Of a stretch of 64,000 nucleotides of DNA, positions 27,001-47,928 are shown piece after piece. How positions within the stretch are numbered: position 1 is the first letter of the stretch; each line of letters starts with the position of its first letter. Position numbers and translations under genes: made by a program. The notes below the pieces were generated by a model. That model searched no databases. It was not told the DNA's origin and saw only the letters and a list, made by a program, of their open reading frames with translations. The DNA comes from Balanoglossus misakiensis (Eukaryota; Animalia; Hemichordata): contig CM082581.2 in assembly GCA_040954595.2 (NCBI GenBank), positions 4,270,699-4,334,698 on the forward strand, in the 5' to 3' direction.

Positions 27001-28896
27001 TCCTCAACTAGGGACTGATACTGGTCTCGTCCAGAAAACTTCCTCATGCTGGTTCCACTGACCCAACCTCTTTCTGGAACCTCGCCAAAGAATTGGACAT
27101 GATACAATCGGTAGCTCTTCATACCAGAACCTGTAATAAGCAATTGTTTACATTTGTTCACTTGGTTATTTTTGCCTGTAGAACAAGAATAATGCAGACT
27201 GAGCTTTCATCAAAAGAAAAAAAATCGTGAATGCTCTAAATATTACCAGCTGTACAAATACAACTGTTTTTGTTTAGGGCGGTACTCCAAAATTTCTTTG
27301 GGGTTCCCCAGTCATTTCATTAACCCCAGCCTGACAATGAACAACATCAGTGCCATACTACAAACAAGTACAATAACAAGGTGGCACCTTGGCATAAAAT
27401 AAACCGTGACTCGTATTCCGCATGTCAAATTCAATGTAACATGACAAACCCTGGAGACAAACAGCACACAGGGACATTTGAGATTTATTATCATAATAAT
27501 TTATGCAGTATACTGCGTTTCCAATGATGATTTGGGAGAACACCAGATATTGTTTTCACTTGTAACAAGTGTCTGGTCGTCGATCAGCATTCCTTAGACC
27601 TTTCAAGTTTGAATAATTAAATTTAAACTCACCTTTCATTCTTGTATACACTCCCATATTAGGATCATATGCTACCATGCAGGGCCACCATGGATGGCCA
27701 GTCACTTTGGACCAGACAAGGTCTCCCACTAACCATTCACAGGGTTTCTCTTCATACACTGGGGTACCACCGGTGCCAGACCCACTGCCAGCTGCTGGTT
27801 TTGGTGTCTGCGATTTGGCAGTGATGGCTGCCTTCCCCGCCTTCACTGTTTCCTTCTTCTGGGCCAGAGTGAGGGGTTTCTGAGCAACTGCCGGTTTCTG
27901 GATAGTGGGCGTTGTTGTCCGTGAGGGATGTTTACTGAGAGCGGCCGGAGCAGTAGTTGGGTTTTGTTCCTGAGTTGCCCTGTTCTCCGCAGTTTCAGTC
28001 TCCGCGGTAACACCGCCCGCTTCATTTCTAGTAGCGGCTGCTCCACCCTGCCTCTCGCCACCACTTGCGCTTTCGCCCTCGTACAAGGTCGACGTCAGTT
28101 TGGGCTTGCCGTGCGTGAATGTCTTTTTGATTTTCAGCTTGATTTCCGGCGAACTTGGCGGCGCGTCAGAAGACTCCGACTGGGCAGATTCCGATGGCGG
28201 AGTTGGTAGATATGGTGGCATGTTTGACGCATTGTTAGTGGTGGGCCTTGAAGCGGGAGGGGGTGCGCCAGCGTTCATGGGTGGTGACGATGACATTGAT
28301 GGTTGCTGCTGCGGCGGCTTTTGCTGCAAATAATGTGGCAGGTACTGCTGCTGCTGCTGTTGTTGTTGCTGCTGCTGGGGCTGCTGCTGCTGTTGCTGAT
28401 ATAGCATTTGTGGACTTTTACTGGGTGAGTAGCCACTACTTGTCAACTGCTGCGATTGAGGTATCTGTGGTGGGGACATATACTGCTGTGATGCCATAGA
28501 CGTTGGGAATGAACTCTGGGGCATATTAGTGAACGACGACGGTTGAGTGTAAGCCGGGTACTGCGACATTGACAACTGCTGGTGTGGCATTGATTGTTGG
28601 TGCATAGGCTGAGCAATTTTATGATATGGGGGCCCCGGCACAGGGTTCACACGAATGTGGCTATATGGCTGACTATAGGACAGAGGTTGACTCTGCATAT
28701 TCGGAGTGTACGTGGACGACCGAGAGCTGTCAACACTCTGTAGAGGTGGTGGCGGTGGCAACTGTTGCCTGCCAGTCTGATCCATGGTGTTACCTGTACT
28801 GATATTGCTGCTGCTACTACTGCTACTTCCGCTTCCCTGCGATGAAACTTCCTCTACCACAGGCACACCCTCCTGTTGGGACTGGGCTGTTCCCAT
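15013..28896 (-). CDS. NSD2: NSD-family histone H3K36 methyltransferase (NSD2/WHSC1-like architecture; probable single pro-orthologue of NSD1/2/3); 15 core exons: 27633-28896, 26309-27130, 25270-25406, 24019-24354, 23384-23741, 22680-22880, 22127-22306, 21796-21955, 21418-21626, 19987-20099, 18174-18449, 17391-17649, 17031-17137, 16640-16826, 15013-15332 (~1642 aa)
   Basis: PWWP1 ([16 protein letters not shown]), HMG box ([12 protein letters not shown]...[14 protein letters not shown]), four PHD fingers, PWWP2 ([16 protein letters not shown]), AWS ([12 protein letters not shown]), SET ([20 protein letters not shown]; ELTFNYN), post-[16 protein letters not shown]5 and C5HCH. The exon phases sum to an intact frame. 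Confidence 0.95.
15698..16238. mobile_element. Non-autonomous element with GATTGG-containing left end and terminal ~150-bp hairpin (Crypton-like, inferred)
   Basis: Starts TATATTATATCATG...TGATTGGACGAGA. Hairpin 16089-16238 AGCAATAACCCCCGCC...GGCGGGGGTTATTGCT with loop CACTCGCCTAACGGCTCGTG. Confidence 0.65.
16239..16553. mobile_element. Related element abutting the previous one head-to-tail
   Basis: Starts TATATTATACC...TGATTGGTCGAGA. Hairpin AGCAATAAAACACCCCCAGCCATGGTATA...TATACCATGGCTGGGGGTGTTTTATTGCT with loop CACTCGCTATCGCTCGTG. Confidence 0.65.
17946..18030. mobile_element. ~80-90 bp piggyBac-like mini-MITE
   Basis: TTAA|CCCTTCCATCC...CCATAGAAAACAATGGG...AACCATGGCGGTGAAAGAG. Confidence 0.7.
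18562..19278. mobile_element. Degenerate TIR element (24-bp TIRs, 21/24 matches) enclosing a GC-richer insert
   Basis: GGGGGCCGTCACAGATTGTTACAG ... CTGTGACAATCTGAGACGGTCCCC. No clean TSD. Confidence 0.5.
19621..19972. mobile_element. Older TTAA/Kolobok-like MITE family (ends ...CAGCTAATGTCCCT); related copies at ~25567-25670 and ~54400-54694
   Basis: Shared blocks TTAGCTGTAACTTT, TGCAGTTTCTTGTTCAAAT, ATTTGTCAACAATAACAATG, TATGTTGACA and terminal CAGCTAATGTCCCT(TTAA). Confidence 0.65.
20981..21328. mobile_element. 348-bp fully palindromic MITE with TTAA TSD and AGGGACAAAG termini (Kolobok-like), in an NSD intron
   Basis: TTAA|AGGGACAAAGTCTCTCTC...GAGAGAGACTTTGTCCCT|TTAA. The arms are near-complementary along the whole length, and a near-identical copy lies at 44601-44948. 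Confidence 0.85.
24919..25137. mobile_element. Truncated, more diverged third copy of the 348-bp MITE family
   Basis: Begins AGGGACAAAGTCTCTCTC and follows the same internal sequence past the central loop, then stops. Confidence 0.75.
28345..28398 (-). repeat. CAG/CAA polyglutamine tract in the NSD N-terminal low-complexity region
   Basis: Encodes [18 protein letters not shown]. Confidence 0.9.
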
Positions 28897-31742
28897 TCAG
28901 AGATTACCAGCTGAACAGAAAACCCTCGCACCCTGCAAGACAAAAACAAGGCAAGAAATTCATTAAATGAGCCACATCCAATGTATATTTCTCTTCCCAT
29001 GAGCAATGCAGGCAAAAATTGAATAGGGACCTGTCATGTTTGCAGTGTTTCATTAGAAACAGAGAGGATTGTCCGCCTTTGCTGGAATACTTTGGAGAAT
29101 TGCACTCTGGCTTTTGGGGAGGGGGTGCAACAAAGTTAACATGACTGACATTTCATTTAGCGCTAGTCGCCCCTTGACAAATTGCATTGCTGGGCAGTAC
29201 CAACATGTCAATAGGTGAATCGATCGCCCTGTCTAGACACAACACTGCACTTGGCACACACTTTATTCTTTTGCACACAATGAGTCAGTCTACTACACTA
29301 GAATCTTGTCAGCTACATGTACATACATCCAGATCAACTTACAGCAGTTTTTATCTTATGCACATGAATGATAAATTTTCGGGAACTTCGGGAGAGCCAA
29401 AAAATCGCAATGATAAATAGTTGCAAAAGAACAATATGTACAATAGAATGTTATTCGGAGATAAAGACAACGTGAAAATTAATGTACATGCAGACATACT
29501 CTCACAACTGAATTCAAATGACTTTAGATCTGATCCAACATGATCTTATTTCGTATCGCAATAGCTGCATCACCCTGCTCATTCAACTACCCTTTCAGGG
29601 TTTCATCAACAGCACATCAATGCACTGGAAATCAAGTTTCCACGGAAAAAAAATTGTCAAATATGAGGGAACATATGCAACTATGACAGGACTGCATCTG
29701 TGTAAATTCTGATGTTGCTATCACTAATGATGGAGGGTATTTTGCTGTACTTTCACACCCATATAAAAGTAGCTGTGTTGCTGCAAGAATTAGATACACC
29801 AATATCACTCTTGAAAACAACCTCTGCATCACACATAGATCATGCACAGAGGCTATGAAGTTCAATTGGAATACTGGTACAACTTGACAATTTAGAATCC
29901 ACAACTCTTTTTCCTCAGTGAAACTTTGTACTTTCAAGTTAAATATCACAAAATGCCTCTCAATTCACTCATTTCTGACTTACTTGAGTATAATGCAAAA
30001 CAAGTACTGCAGTGATCATATGCAGAATTATGTTGTTTGTTGAGTTGTCACGACAACTGAAGTAATATTTCCCATGAAGACTCTCACGAACTTATTGACA
30101 TTTGTTCGTTTTCCATAAGACACTCTTGTCAATCTCATCTCTGGTATTTGTCACTAAATACTTTCAGCTTACTTTTAGGAATTCATAACAATAATTAAAA
30201 CATGTAGTGGCTCCAGACCTTTAAACATCTGTAACAAAATGGCTGCCTGGTGACAATATTGAAATACCCCCCAAAAAACAAATATACTGTACAGCATACA
30301 TGTAGCACTTTCTCCTTGTGATGAGTTTGGATGACATGAATGTGACAAGTTGAACACTGCATCAATTTTATGTTTTATTCCAGGGTTTTATCTCCTAGAA
30401 TCTGAAATTAAGGTCTGGCTTTGGATTAACCTTTCTGAAATAATTTAACAGAGGTTCCCCAACATAAAATCACAAAAGACACATGTACAGTAATATCCTG
30501 ATCATCATTTCCAAAGTTGACTTACAGTATGAGATTGCATGAATAAAATGTGCTCATGACAGCATCATAGAGCATGTTGCTTCGGAGGAAATGAACATTT
30601 TGGAATGTCAATGCTGATCTTTTGGAATGAACATGCGTTACCATGAAGTCATAGATAATCTGATGGCCACATTAATTTTGATCTAGTGTTGGTAGTGATC
30701 ATTTTCAGCATTTTAAAAATTAGGTTATGTGCACATGTATGAAGTGTGATTCTCTCAGAGAATCTGATGCAATTATTACATAAGCATTGTTTTGGCAGGT
30801 ATCACTGATTTCAAAGAAAATGGCATGCAAATATATATTTGAATATTCTGAAAATGTGTCAAAATCATTCCAATACAATTTTCATGTTCCAATGCCATCC
30901 ATGAGTTATCACTCAATTATGAGTATACTGGTTAATTGCAGATGGAATCCATGTTTTCCATAGGTGGTAGTATACCTCTTTATCATCTTTCTAATTTCAA
31001 ATGCAATATAGTTTTTTTATGTGTCTCTCTAATGCAACTATGAGAAAGAGCCTGTGTAGTTTAAACTCATGCACCAAAGATATGTTCTATGGATGTCACA
31101 GGTGTTGAGTAATTAAACACCAGTTATGTCATTTTAATAATTGTGAGTAACTGTACATTAATGGTGGAGAATAAATTAGGCAATTTACTTTTCACCACGC
31201 CATAGAAACCAAATGTTCTGCATTTGTCAAAATCACATGGCATTGTAAAGGACACATTATTTTGAAAATAACACTTCCTTTGGGGGGTCTTATAAAATGC
31301 ATCATAAATAAATATAATTTGTCATATGTTTGTCTCTTTCAGCTCAATGTCGTGACTGCAAACACGAGAAAACCTTGAACATTTTGAAAACAATAAAGTT
31401 GGACGCGCGTGTACCATGATAATTGCTATAGGACTAGACTTGTAGGTATGGCCATGAGGAAACTTAACCGTACTAAATCCAGCACATGGAACTTTAATGC
31501 AGTCCCGTCATAATACCCAGGAAACATTTTGAGCTTGGAAATTACAAATTGTCGAACTATTTCGCTGCCTTCCCACAATAATCAACGATCAATCGACACG
31601 CACATTTCTGACACGATTACAGTGGTCATCACAATGTACACCATATAATGACAAAATGACTCGTCCAGGTCTGCGCTTGCAATTTTCCTCCAGAATAGCT
31701 GTCCGAAATTAAATAAAAATATCCTTTCTGTTAAATTCTTAC

Positions 31743-32200
31743 CGTTTTGCTTAATATTTTATCAGAGATCGCCTGTAGCTAGAAAGATAAAATTGGTGAA
31801 AATCACACATGCAAATCCAGCGTCCGCCATATTGGATTTCACACACTCTCACATGAGCTGACCTCTTTTATACACATCGCCAAAAATGAAAATAAGGTGT
31901 TATATTTGCACGCTATGGGGCATATTTCAGTTCCCCTGCGTTTAAATGAGACTTAAGGAATGAACTTTATGTTAACCTTGGAGTTCCTGGTGTTCTTTTC
32001 GGCGTACGCCTCTCCCACAGTCTTCAGGATTCAGAGTCCGAAAACAGTCGGAAGGTCTCGGCGGGAAAAATCTAACAATATGATTGGTTTCCGAATGTGA
32101 GCGGAATTTACCGAAAGGTGTCGATGACTTTCGGAACTAACCAAACGTGTAAACGACGCGACATTTTTGTGAGGCTGGGCTCGATTGGCTTTTCACGTGG
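31743..32200 (-). promoter_or_regulatory. NSD non-coding first exon (donor at 31742) and promoter: YY1-like AATATGGCGG, E2F-like GGCGGGAAAAA (32060-32070), CCAAT boxes, E-box
   Basis: Donor CG|GTAAGA at 31741-31742, CpG-enriched context, motifs read directly. The acceptor of the first coding exon is at 28933. Confidence 0.55.
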
Positions 32201-33144
32201 TGACAAACCTAAATTTGTAAAGGTTCATCCTAGCCTATCATGCGAAAGTACATACTAAATTATTACTGAGTATTGTCACTAAGCCAGCTTTCTTTTAAAT
32301 TATTGAACTGAGGAGAAACCACTGATTTGAAGATGGGGGCGGAAGATCAAAGATCCAGTTTACCTGTGTTATAGCCTACTCCGGAAATAGTCACGTTGTC
32401 TACTAGTATATAAGCTGAGACCTACGGAAAATGAATTATGTAAAGAATTATATAAAAATAATAATTTTTATAATGAGGTATTTTTTATAATTTAGGCCAA
32501 ACCATCTATCAGCAGCAGCTGACAGACTGAAAATTTGGCCTAGCCTGCAGTAGTACAGGTATCCTATCTGCAAAACACAATACCTTACACATACATGTAC
32601 ACTACAGCCTAAACCAGTACTGGGGAGAAGGTCTTAAACCTCTGCATTTGTCATCTGCTACCTCCAGATTCCACTGCGCAAAAGGGCCGTTTTTAAAATT
32701 CCACAGTCGGGGGTAGACCATTTGACAAGTTACTTCATTCGCGAAAAGGAAGCTGGAAATGCAATTAGACATGTAAACCAGGGTGGGTTTTCTGTATTTT
32801 ACGTTCTTTTTCTTTGGTTCCCATTCAGGTTGCCTAATATGGAATGGTTGCATCCGGCCTATACGTTGTATAGGGAACCCTAAGTACCGTTTCGACCAAC
32901 ATCGAAAGTCGATCGCTGCCTCCGCCTTGGAAAATTTCTCGAAAAACATCGTGTCGAAAAAGTACACATGTCGCCCCAGCATTAACATTCTGAAAACTTG
33001 AATTAGTTTTTTTCACAATCGCCGATCAATTTGTGAAGATATTGTATCTTTCATAGTTTAAATTGCTATGGACTGGGAAAGTTTGATAAATCCCGATAAA
33101 CTATAGTATGTTTGACAATAAAGCCCTATGTTCACCAACACGAC

Positions 33145-33174
33145 TAGTCTAGAATCTATCCGTTGTCTAGACTA
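33145..33174. mobile_element. 30-bp TAG..CTA micro-element with 9-bp TIR and 9-bp TSD (AcademH-like signature)
   Basis: CAACACGAC|TAGTCTAGAATCTATCCGTTGTCTAGACTA|CAACACGAC. Confidence 0.75.
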
Positions 33175-34290
33175 CAACACGACGGGTAATATATAAAGAC
33201 ACAAATGTATTTGATGGGAAGTAACGACGTCGACAGCAGATGGAAAGTCAATAAGTTTTGGAAGCTAATAATTAAATCTTGGCGTTGTAGGGCGGGGGTA
33301 AGAAAGTGGTCATGGATTGTTCGGAGGCAGAGTGCGTGGTTGTCGTGCGCCCTTATTTCATGCACGTGCACTAGATAAAAAAAAAGGTAAATTTTTACAT
33401 CAATAATTACATTTTGGGTATTGGCCCTATGTTAAAACTCTTTGTGAAGGTATAATGATATAAACAAATTTAGTGGCATATTATATGAACGACACACTGA
33501 ATGTAACATTATTATATGGTTAGACCTATTTATGTGAAATAAATACAATGTAATTAGACTTATTTCAAACTGGATAGCCTCAAATTCCATGCGCGATAAA
33601 TCTGTCAAAAACAATGTATATATCGCTATACGTAACATACCCGCATAAAGTAAATTGTATGTCAGATTTGAGGTGAAGCTTGAATTTCTTGTAAGCCTAC
33701 CGGAAACTGTTTCTTTAAACATTGGAATCCTCACATCTTTACCAGTAAAATCGAAATATATCACGAGTTGTCGCATGCTGTCGGGCGAAGGAATGCAATA
33801 TTGCTGTATCTCTCAGCTGTTCCCCCAGTTTATTTTGAAGCTACCATTCGCACTTTCCATTGCCCTACTAAAATCGACTGAATATTCCACATACACAACA
33901 CTACACTAGTACACTTCAGCTTGCTGTATTATATTACTTAGTGCGTGCTTGTATTACTTAGTGCCACGTATAGTACACCGGTGTGGGGCTTCGGTCAGGG
34001 TGATTGGCCGGCGAACTACATGTATCGGATAGGACCAGTACGCGTACACGAAAACGTGAACCTGAGTTGAAAGGTGCTTTATTCAACTATTAAACTCTTA
34101 CGTGACCACCGAACGGGTGAGTGTCGCGAACCTACAAAAGTACAGTGTGAGAAAGCCTAATCGAAGTTAAAAAAACAACTGAGACAATCGATCATGCATG
34201 TGGGAGGACAGAAAATCACCGTGAATTGATTGACATGACCTGTTGAGAGTTCATTCCAGGCAACCATCAAGTTCAAATCGAATCCTAGAA

Positions 34291-34449
34291 GATTCGGTCC
34301 TGTGCGGGCGCTCCAGCGAACTTCCCACGACTTTTACCACTTTCACTTACAACCACAGGGAACTCAGGCTCATAGTTGTGGTCAAATGAATATTAAATAT
34401 TATTATTATGAATAAAAAATGGAAAAAATATTAAAAATTATTATTATTA

Positions 34450-34484
<35 letters not shown>

Positions 34485-34683
34485 ATTTGTAGTAGTTCTT
34501 GTTATCTATCATGTGTTAAAATCCAACATACCTATGCATGCTGTCTTCTCCCGGCCCCTAACACGTACTGTACGTGTATTTAATATTCATTTGACCACAA
34601 CTATGAGCCTGAGTTCCCTGTGTTACAACATGTACAAAAGGGTCATAGGCAATGCGCCGGAGCGCCCGCACACGACTAAATCT
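34291..34683. repeat. Inverted repeat (~110-bp arms with a ~45-bp perfect core) enclosing an (ATT)n microsatellite
   Basis: ACAGGGAACTCAGGCTCATAGTTGTGGTCAAATGAATATTAAATA is the reverse complement of ~34577-34622. The outer pair is TGTGCGGGCGCTCC / GGAGCGCCCGCACA. Confidence 0.8.
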
Positions 34684-35453
34684 TTCAGTCAAGTCGAATC
34701 CCCGTAGGTATTACATAAGAAAGGCCTAGTTGTCCTTGAAAGTAAAGACTGTGTGTGCACATGGTATCTACTAAATATAAAAAATCCCAAGGTCGGGCAT
34801 GTAGAACAGCCGAAAACCATAAGAATAAAACATCCACCCCTCCCCAACCCCAAATTTAAATACCCGTCATTGGTCAACACTTCCAATCTGTCACTTTATT
34901 TCTTGTCAAATGCTATTATCTCGGCGATAGTTCATTGTTCTCCGCATCTTCATTTTATCTTTTTAGCAACAATCCTTTGTGCGACAACTGTTCAATTGAA
35001 ACCCCGGATTGCAACCCAGTTCCTCATTCGCAGCCAAGTACATGTAACTTGCACCTGTACTGTGCCATGATCCATTGCAAGCAACGTATGTAGGTCGGAT
35101 ATCGGACGATATATATGGGAGGGGCAGTGCTAGTATTCCTTCGGGAATCCACGATAGACAGCAAAAACACACGCCCTTTGAGCTTGTTAGAATTTAATAG
35201 ACAAATGATTGCATTTGCATGTAATAGGTAATTTCTCAGGTTGTTTATAAATGGAGGCTATCGTTATCATCCCCACCCCTAACAACCTAAAGTGTAAATG
35301 AAACGGCCAACAAACAGTCACCTTACCTATCGCGTGATGGAATATTCCGGAAATCTGGTTGTGCGCTTGCGCAGTCCGCTGAAGTGAGATGACCATGGCC
35401 CGATAGTCAGTGTAAGATGCCGGTGATTTTACACAAATGAACGAACGTTCGCT

Positions 35454-44162
<8,709 letters not shown>

Positions 44163-44600
44163 AATTTTGCCAGAAAATGTTTGTAGTACTGTACAATGTA
44201 AAATATTGAAAATTATAATAATATTGTTAGCTTTTACACTAGTACCTCACCTGTGTAAGATTCTTGTCGATAAGTGCTTCAACAGGAATGAAAAACTTCA
44301 TTCAAAATCTTTGCAGTATAAGGTACATCACAGAGAAGACAGTTGTCATGATTTATAGTGTTGGACTAAATTGAATATTAGAAATAAAATTATTTTCAGG
44401 ATACAGAATTGTACACCAACCACATCCATACCATTGGTAGCATTGTTGTTAAGGTAGTAGACTGCCCAGATGCAGTGCATGGTTATCACATTCCATAGCG
44501 TTACATGTGGAATTTTGAGAAAACAGTGTTACAATATTGTCATTTTCTTGAAATTTTCACAAAAAGGTGCCAAAAGAGGGGTGTTATTAGATGATATTAA

Positions 44601-44948
44601 AGGGACAAAGTCTCTCTCTCGCTGCCCTTTTTTCCAGTAATTATGTTTGATACAAGACAACGTTTATGTGAATGTACATGTGGATATATAGTGAATCAAT
44701 GATCAACCACACAAAACTTCCATCCCACTTGTATGATATGAGAGTAAAAACTCGCCCAAAATGAATAAATGGTAAAGAACGATTATTCATTTTGGCGAGT
44801 TTTTTCACTCTCCTGTCTATAAGAGGGATGGAAGTTGTGTGTGGTTGAACATTCATTCACTATATATCCACATGTAGAATAACAAACGGTGTCTTGTATC
44901 AAATATAATTAATGGAAAAAAGGGCAGCGAGAGAGAGACTTTGTCCCT
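44601..44948. mobile_element. Second full copy of the 348-bp palindromic TTAA MITE, in the probable LETM1 3' UTR
   Basis: Same termini, TTAA TSDs at 44597-44600 and 44949-44952, and high identity to 20981-21328. Confidence 0.85.
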
Positions 44949-46239
44949 TTAAGAAAACACCATGTCACTGTGCTTGATTTTTTGATCGAGCTCTTCAGAT
45001 ATTTTCACCATAGGAAAACTATAGCATTAGGAGTGCAAGAAAAGTGCTGACTCGGCATTTTCCACATAATTTGAGATACACTAACTGAAAAAGCAGCACG
45101 AAAACACCCTGTTTACTCTCTGTTTCTTTTTAACATTCAGTGATATCAAATATATATAATTCATGAAAATGACAATATTCTACCATTTGAATAGTCCACT
45201 ACACCGTCATTGATGCTTTTTCTGGCCAAGATGGTGGTAGAAACCAGAATTGATTTATACTTGATATTTTGCTTTTGTGTTGATGTTGTTACAGATTTTG
45301 ATTATTTACAAGAATCACCACGTTTACTTCAGCTTATGTTTTGTAAAAAAATTGATATTGTTTATATCTGAATACTTCCCCTAATGGCAGTACCGGATTT
45401 CTTTTGGGGTATATATAAAGTTATTGTTTATATCCAAATTTTTCCTGAATGCTGGACAAATGATGGAATTACCACAGACTTTGAGTATACCCGGTATACT
45501 CAAAGTACCGTAATATGTTAACGACATCTTGGGTGTAAATTTGTAGTTAGTCTTCGTCCCTGAAGCTATTTCTGTACAAAAACTTTACATCTGATTCAAT
45601 GAATAATGTGGAATTTAAAAAAAAAGGTATATTTACCAAATTGAGGTTTTTTTTTTTGTATGAAGGTAAAACATACGTCGGTTATACATTTTTGAAAGAA
45701 CCTGAGAAACAAGGGTGGTCACTCTCCTGTTCATAAAAAAATCTAACATTCATATTTTATCTCGGGTATTACTGAATTTCACAACCATAGTAATTTCAAG
45801 AAGTAAAAATTACCACAGATTTTAGAAACTTTCGGTTGTGTAATTTGATTGGCTAATCAGAATTTGGATTGTAATGTCTTGGTTTGTATTTTTTTAAAAC
45901 CACAGGCTTTAAATTGAGTTGACTGAAAGCTATCAATATAAGGCATCCGGACATCTTGCATCTAGTTTTGATTGGAAACAAGATAAGTTACTGAGGATTT
46001 TTTTTTTGAGAATGTGATTTTTAATGTGAAAAACAAATATGCTGCATTTTTACAATAAAATCCTGATACTGCAAAAGTTAGAGTCATCCTTGCCTATACA
46101 TAGCTAGAAAACCACGGGTAGATTTCAAGACCACATGCCTGTAACATGGTCTGATCAGAACCTGTAACAGACCGTGAGAAACAGCATCTGATACAAGGTC
46201 TGAACTGGACTGATTTCATACATGTACCCCTAGTTGTAG

Positions 46240-46323
46240 CCTTTCACCCCCTATTCTCTCAATAGAGGTCCAAGTTTACCATAGAAAACAAGGGATTTGG
46301 ACCAAACCATGGCGGTGAAAGGG
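46240..46323. mobile_element. ~80-90 bp piggyBac-like mini-MITE
   Basis: CCTTTCACCCC...CCATAGAAAACAAGGGATTTGGACCAAACCATGGCGGTGAAAGGG|TTAA. Confidence 0.7.
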
Positions 46324-47145
46324 TTAAAGAAGAGCCACTTTAATGGCCAATATTTCTCTTAATTACAGCCAATTTTACAATGCAATGTTTTTATCCATTC
46401 TTAGGTATACATATTATACCGAGCTTATGCTGCACTTGTCAATAATAAATAAATATACTTATTCTGAATTTTGTAGTTCTAATATGCAGCTGATATGTCT
46501 AGATGCAAAAATTCATGTCAACTATTGGGTTTGAAATGTGAACATGGTTCTCATGTGTATGTGTAGTGGTGTTGGGATAGTTAGTATTTATATTATGTAG
46601 TGCTGCTGTAGATCATAGATGAAACGACTGATCTGTTGATGATACGATGCAAAAAAGCAGTGACAGTTGCTGTCATTGGACAATGTCTTTTGTCTATGCT
46701 TTCAACTTCGCATTGAATTGGAACATAGGTGCATCTTTTGATGTTTCATGTTAGTTTTCTATGTACGATCAGTAAAATCTTCAGTATTATCTTCTTTTAT
46801 TTGTGAACTTTAGGATTCTCCTTTATACCGTTAAGCAAGAAAAAATCCATAATAAAATGTAGGGGTCAACATGCTTTTTTAAATTACAAGGTGGTGAATT
46901 TAGACGATAATTAAAAAACTGCAGAGTCAGCATTTTTTCGCCAATGGTTTCTTTATGGGTTCAACAACAGAGAATTTAGTTTCTTTTGGCTGAGCTATGT
47001 GTAAATCTTCATGAAAATAACAGAAGAAGATGTAGTCTTTCTAGTAATTAGCAATGTAATCCTGTGGGAAGAGACACATTATACGCACAGGAACTTGATG
47101 TTTTCTTTTATTTTATGTTTTCAACTCTAAAGACTATGGGAAGTG

Positions 47146-47321
47146 TAGGCTCGCTTTCGAGACTGCCGTTCACCTCGCTAAATGCATAGTGGCGGTATAA
47201 CATGGCCAGGAGTGGTACAACCAGCACGAGTCATGAAGCCTAACCTCTTTGCCCCATGCCATGTCCTACCACTGGCACACTATGCATTAGCGAATCGAAC
47301 AGGGTCTGGAAATAAAGACTA
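47146..47321. mobile_element. 176-bp TAG..CTA MITE with 9-bp TSD (AcademH-like signature)
   Basis: TGGGAAGTG|TAGGCTCG...TCGCTAAATGCATAGTG ... CACTATGCATTAGCGA...AAGACTA|TGGGAAGTG. Confidence 0.75.
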
Positions 47322-47894
47322 TGGGAAGTGATGCTTTATGTACTATGTGAGATTTTTTTTTCAACCAACAATAACTGACCATGGACTAGTGTTTTGACAT
47401 TGTACTTCCTTGCATCGATTGTACATTTTATTCTTATTTTGTGATGTGATCAATAAATGAATGTATTATAAGTTTAGTATTGGTTTTCATAGGTGCACAA
47501 GCATTTCCAACAGCAGCAGTAATGATTTTAATAAATGAATGCGTTTATTGTCACAAAAGTGGTCCTAATGGAATATGTGCAAACCCTAGTCATGGGATTC
47601 TGATATGCTACCCAATACTAGTGTTACAGCAATCAAAAAGAGCAACATTCAGTAATGTCATAACAGAAATTCCCTCACCTCTGTGAATTGTTAGTCACCC
47701 TCTGTAGCAACTATTTGCACACCTCTCCAGCAGACCCTTCTCCAGACTCTTTCACAGCCCATGGTTTGCTACAAGGCTCTTTACATGTTGCACACTGATG
47801 CGCCCTCAACCAGTAAGGTTGCATCTGCAGGCCAAGCTTCTCTCGGCCATTGAGGGCACACTTTCAATCAGACGATAAAGTCTGGGCCGGCAGC

Positions 47895-47928
<34 letters not shown>

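Noticed and set aside
31990-32032. Minus-strand CUGAAGA...GAAA hammerhead-like core
   Set aside because: Stem II cannot close (C-C at its base) and stems I/III are not evident. Other CTGATGA hits checked also lacked the fold.
32049-32425. GGAAGGTCTCGG ... CTGAGACCTAC complementarity resembling the RNase P/MRP P4 pseudoknot
   Set aside because: CR-V spacing is wrong, no P1 terminal helix and no Pol III terminator; the site overlaps an E2F-like promoter motif.
32602-33016. 128-aa minus-strand ORF and overlapping ORFs in the NSD-LETM1 spacer
   Set aside because: No recognisable domain, no supporting splice structure, and mutually overlapping frames; likely chance ORFs in CpG-rich or repeat-derived DNA.
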